NCBI GenBank assembly: GCA_964386035.1
Contig: CAYLQT010000010.1
Span: 14,963-78,962 of the forward strand
From: an uncultured Clostridium sp.
GTDB lineage: Bacteria > Bacillota > Clostridia > Oscillospirales > Acutalibacteraceae
Direction: 5' to 3'
DNA length: 64,000 nt
Position numbers and translations under genes: made by a program
Notes under the pieces: generated by a model
What the model saw: only the letters and a program-made list of their open reading frames with translations
What the model was told of the DNA's origin: nothing
The model's database searches: none
Shown here: positions 61,602 to 64,000 of the stretch, piece by piece
How positions within the stretch are numbered: the stretch's first letter is position 1
Layout of the letters: each line of letters opens with the position of its first letter

Positions 61602-61746
61602 GGGGTTTGAGGAAATATTAAAGGGCAATATCCGCCGCAAACAGAGGTGACCCATTTTCAGTAAAAAAACCAAGGTGTTGTATATCAAAACGCAGAACGG
61701 CGAAAGTGTTGCGCTGAACAAGGTACGGTTTAACAGACAGAAGCAT

Positions 61747-61776
61747 AAAAAAGCACCTGAATTTAATCAAGTGCTT
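61747..61776 (-). terminator. terminator overlapping HD-protein stop codon
   Basis: AAGCACTTGA-TTAAAT-TCAGGTGCTT-TTTT on minus strand. Confidence 0.75.
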
Positions 61777-62176
61777 CAAGACAGTGTTTATATTTTTCAA
61801 CTCTGGCCAAGTCTTTTTCTGTTACAACCTTGAGCCGAGTCAAATCCGAATTATGCCATAAGTCTTGAATCTTCACGACTTTGGCAAGCTCATTTGCTTT
61901 TACCCGTTCAATATATTCTTCATAGCTTTCATCCTTTCTATGAGTGATGGCATCGAGAGCCTCCACAATATTCGGACTAAATCCCAATGCCGAAAACCAG
62001 TCAAATGAATAACTATCGTTATCTTCAACAACATCATGCAAGAGTGCAACTATCTTTTGTTCTTCTGTCTCACAACAACTCGCCACATAAAACGGATGTA
62101 AATAATACGGTTTTCCGCCCTTGTCCACTTGCCCTTTGTGAGCTTCCATACAAATCTTTTCAGCTATCTTAAGCAT
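61763..62176 (-). CDS. HD-domain small alarmone hydrolase (Mesh1/SAH; Aph1-like)
   Basis: AH.GQ.DKGG.PY..HP..V, ALLHDVVED, VKIQDLWHN; standalone RelA/SpoT-type hydrolase domain, 137 aa. Confidence 0.88.
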   Translation of the reverse strand: MLKIAEKICMEAHKGQVDKGGKPYYLHPFYVASCCETEEQKIVALLHDVVEDNDSYSFDWFSALGFSPNIVEALDAITHRKDESYEEYIERVKANELAKVVKIQDLWHNSDLTRLKVVTEKDLARVEKYKHCLEALD

Positions 62177-62378
62177 ATCGTTTAATCACTTCTTTCGCTT
62201 CTTCCTCTGTAATTGTGTCAACATTAATATCACCTGTATAAATTTGTAGCATTTCGCTATCCTCGACCCAACGGTGAGAACCAAAGCTGTACCGCTCAAA
62301 ACGCGCACCATCTCTATGCCGAATCAGCACAGGTGGTCTTCCCGGCAGAGCGAAATCTTCCAAATAATATTTTGTCAT
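62169..62378 (-). CDS. 69-aa protein coupled to the HD hydrolase (possible toxin-immunity protein)
   Basis: MTKYYLED...RWVED...ITEEEAKEVI; its stop overlaps the hydrolase start by 8 nt. Confidence 0.7.
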   Translation of the reverse strand: MTKYYLEDFALPGRPPVLIRHRDGARFERYSFGSHRWVEDSEMLQIYTGDINVDTITEEEAKEVIKRYA

Positions 62379-62449
62379 TATCCAACCCCATTTTATAATA
62401 TACGCTAACGAAAATATGCAAATAAAACATTTTCGACAATTCAATTTAA

Positions 62450-62647
62450 TCAACCATTTAAAAATTCAGATGCCCGATGTGCATCTATCACAGCATCCTC
62501 ATCGCCTATCGCCTCCAGTCGTTCTGCGAAGCTACACTTGATTTCTTCATACATCTCTACAGGTACTTCCGCAGTCAAAAGCTTATTTTCTATGAGCTTC
62601 AAGCGATATTTACCATCTTCAATAATATTCCAAATGATTTTTACCAC
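62450..62647 (-). CDS. hypothetical 65-aa protein
   Basis: GTG start overlapping upstream stop by 7 nt; weak RBS; no recognised motif. Confidence 0.4.
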   Translation of the reverse strand: MVKIIWNIIEDGKYRLKLIENKLLTAEVPVEMYEEIKCSFAERLEAIGDEDAVIDAHRASEFLNG

Positions 62648-63222
62648 GTTTTATCTTCATACGGTGTATCTTTGACACCGTTATCATTAAGATGACGCAC
62701 CATATTATCCAACACGCCGTGCCACATTCTTTTAAACCATTCGGTCTCACCGAACCACTTCACTACCGTGGGACTTATCGCATAATATGTATGAATGAAC
62801 GCTCTACCGAGCATTGTCTCCGCCAGAGTATTGTCCCTGAAACGGCGCAGTGTCCACACCTGAGGGCAATCATAGGAGCCGTACACACAGGTTGCCACAT
62901 AACAACCCTGACTGTCGCTGTGATTGTACGATCCGAACATCCCCGGATTGCTGGAGCCGGTCTTATTACCGTTTGAATCTCGGTGTGTATAACCGCCGAA
63001 CAGTCCCGGGTCTGAATGTCCTGTTTTGCGACCTTGATTGTCATAATGATTATATCCGCCGAACAATCCCGGGTCGGAGCGACCGGTCTTATTGCCGTTG
63101 GCATCGTAATTGGTGTAACCTCCGAAAAGACCGGGTTCGCTACGCCCCACCTTCTTGCCATGCTCATCATAGTGATTGACGGTGCCGAATAAACCCTGTT
63201 CGCTTCTGCCTTTGTTTGCCAT
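62641..63222 (-). CDS. repeat protein with C-terminal CFI-box-CTERM domain
   Basis: Five 21-aa repeats then GCYVATCVYGSYDCPQVWTLRRFRD..L....GRAFI..YY..SP; RBS GGAGG. Confidence 0.85.
   Translation of the reverse strand: MANKGRSEQGLFGTVNHYDEHGKKVGRSEPGLFGGYTNYDANGNKTGRSDPGLFGGYNHYDNQGRKTGHSDPGLFGGYTHRDSNGNKTGSSNPGMFGSYNHSDSQGCYVATCVYGSYDCPQVWTLRRFRDNTLAETMLGRAFIHTYYAISPTVVKWFGETEWFKRMWHGVLDNMVRHLNDNGVKDTPYEDKTW
62905..63210 (-). repeat. in-frame 63-bp (21-aa) tandem repeat, ~4.9 copies
   Basis: GRSEQGLFGTVNHYDEHGKKV / GRSEPGLFGGYTNYDANGNKT / GRSDPGLFGGYNHYDNQGRKT / GHSDPGLFGGYTHRDSNGNKT / GSSNPGMFGSYNHSDSQG. Confidence 0.92.
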
Positions 63223-63475
63223 TGCCTTTTCCTCCGCTTTAGTTAGTTTTCTTTTGCTTCTGATACCATTTTACACGAAGCTATGTACAATAAAACGGAC
63301 TTTGTTAAATTAGGTTCCAGGTGCTTTGCCGTTTTCATCACGGTCACCAAGGTAAGCAGTTAATACTATCAACTAAATAATAACACAGTTTTTTCTTTCC
63401 GTCATTAGTTTTTCACCGATCGAAAAACAGCTATTGCCAATCCGCCACAGCCACCATACTTTCTTGTTAATCCGA

Positions 63476-63504
63476 TTGACTTCCGACCTGTTTCATGCTA
63501 TTCT
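63476..63504 (+). promoter_or_regulatory. sigmaA promoter for GH38 gene
   Basis: TTGACT-N17-TATTCT with TG extension. Confidence 0.55.
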
Positions 63505-63536
63505 AAAGATGATTCTTGAAAGGAAAGTATTATCTT

Positions 63537-64000
63537 ATGAAAGAAAAACACACTTACTATATGGTGGGCAATGCTCATATTGATCCGGTATGGCAATGGT
63601 GCTGGCAGGAGGGCAGCAGTGAAGCTAAGGCAACACTGCGGTCTGCGCTGGATCGAATGAATGAATTCCCCGATTTCGTGTTCATTTGCTCTGCCTCAGT
63701 TATATTTGAATGGGTGGAAGAGTTTGCTCCGGAAATGTTCGAGGAAATTCGTCAGCGGGTCGCTGAGGGACGGTTTATTATCGTTGGCGGTATGTATGTC
63801 CAGCCCGATTGTAACAATCCCTCCGGTGAGGGATTCGCACGGCAAACGCTGTATGCACAGCGGTACTTCCGAGAAAAATTCGGCGTCACCGCTCGGGTCG
63901 GATATAATGTTGACTCCTTCGGTCATAATTTGATGTTGCCGCAGATTCTGAGAAAGAGCGGCATGGACAGCTACATTTTTATGCGTCCCGGCGAACATGA
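63537..64000 (+). CDS. alpha-mannosidase, glycoside hydrolase family 38 (runs off right edge)
   Basis: Manual translation: MKEKHTYYMVGNAHIDPVWQWCWQEG...VGGMYVQPDCNNPSGEGFARQ...YNVDSFGH...QIL.KSG; absent from the ORF track, presumably because no stop lies in the window. Confidence 0.93.
   Translation, partial: MKEKHTYYMVGNAHIDPVWQWCWQEGSSEAKATLRSALDRMNEFPDFVFICSASVIFEWVEEFAPEMFEEIRQRVAEGRFIIVGGMYVQPDCNNPSGEGFARQTLYAQRYFREKFGVTARVGYNVDSFGHNLMLPQILRKSGMDSYIFMRPGEH

Noticed and set aside
61618-61800. 60-aa minus-strand ORF
   Set aside because: Overlaps the HD gene end and its terminator; no RBS or motif
62432-62438. TGTCGAA Spo0A box upstream of the 69-aa gene
   Set aside because: A single 7-mer is expected by chance many times per genome, and no well-spaced promoter is tied to it
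62905-63210. Regularly spaced repeats suggesting a CRISPR array
   Set aside because: Degenerate in-frame 63-bp coding repeats with synonymous-site variation, no unique spacers and no cas genes
63696-63998. 100-aa minus-strand ORF and 63661-63933 plus-strand ORF from the ORF track
   Set aside because: The real gene is the GH38 frame starting at 63537, which has no stop inside the window

Overview
Mostly core chromosome of a spore-forming Clostridia-class Firmicute; an Oscillospiraceae/Ruminococcaceae-like lineage is inferred from gene content and synteny. Nearly all genes are on the minus strand: folC (partial), valS, an alpha/beta hydrolase, thiN, an LCP protein, a ComEC-like MBL, ftsK, uppP, ylzJ-tepA, pcrA, pfkA, dnaE, whiA-rapZ-murB-ROK-hprK, mazF, nnr, a Clp ATPase, truA-ecfTAA, glmM, ruvCAB, der, rpmF-yceD, pgi, potABCD, spoIIR, secG and a divergent type IIA topoisomerase pair. 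Plus-strand genes are a spoVB-like flippase, aconitase-icd and a partial GH38 alpha-mannosidase. No rRNA, tRNA, CRISPR array or transposase was seen. Four observations stand out. (1) An intact mazF/ndoA has no neighbouring antitoxin or alr, and is preceded by a consensus-matching sigmaF-type (forespore) promoter. (2) An AT-richer accessory segment (~60.9-63.5 kb) encodes a protein with five 21-aa YD-like repeats plus a CFI-box-CTERM domain, two tiny ORFs and an HD-domain alarmone hydrolase. It resembles an orphan (p)ppApp-toxin immunity/hydrolase module. (3) A 250-bp palindromic insert bounded by 11-bp direct repeats lies at the valS stop codon. (4) A structured element plus terminator lies between rpmF and der. 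All product calls are by motif and synteny recognition; no searches were run.
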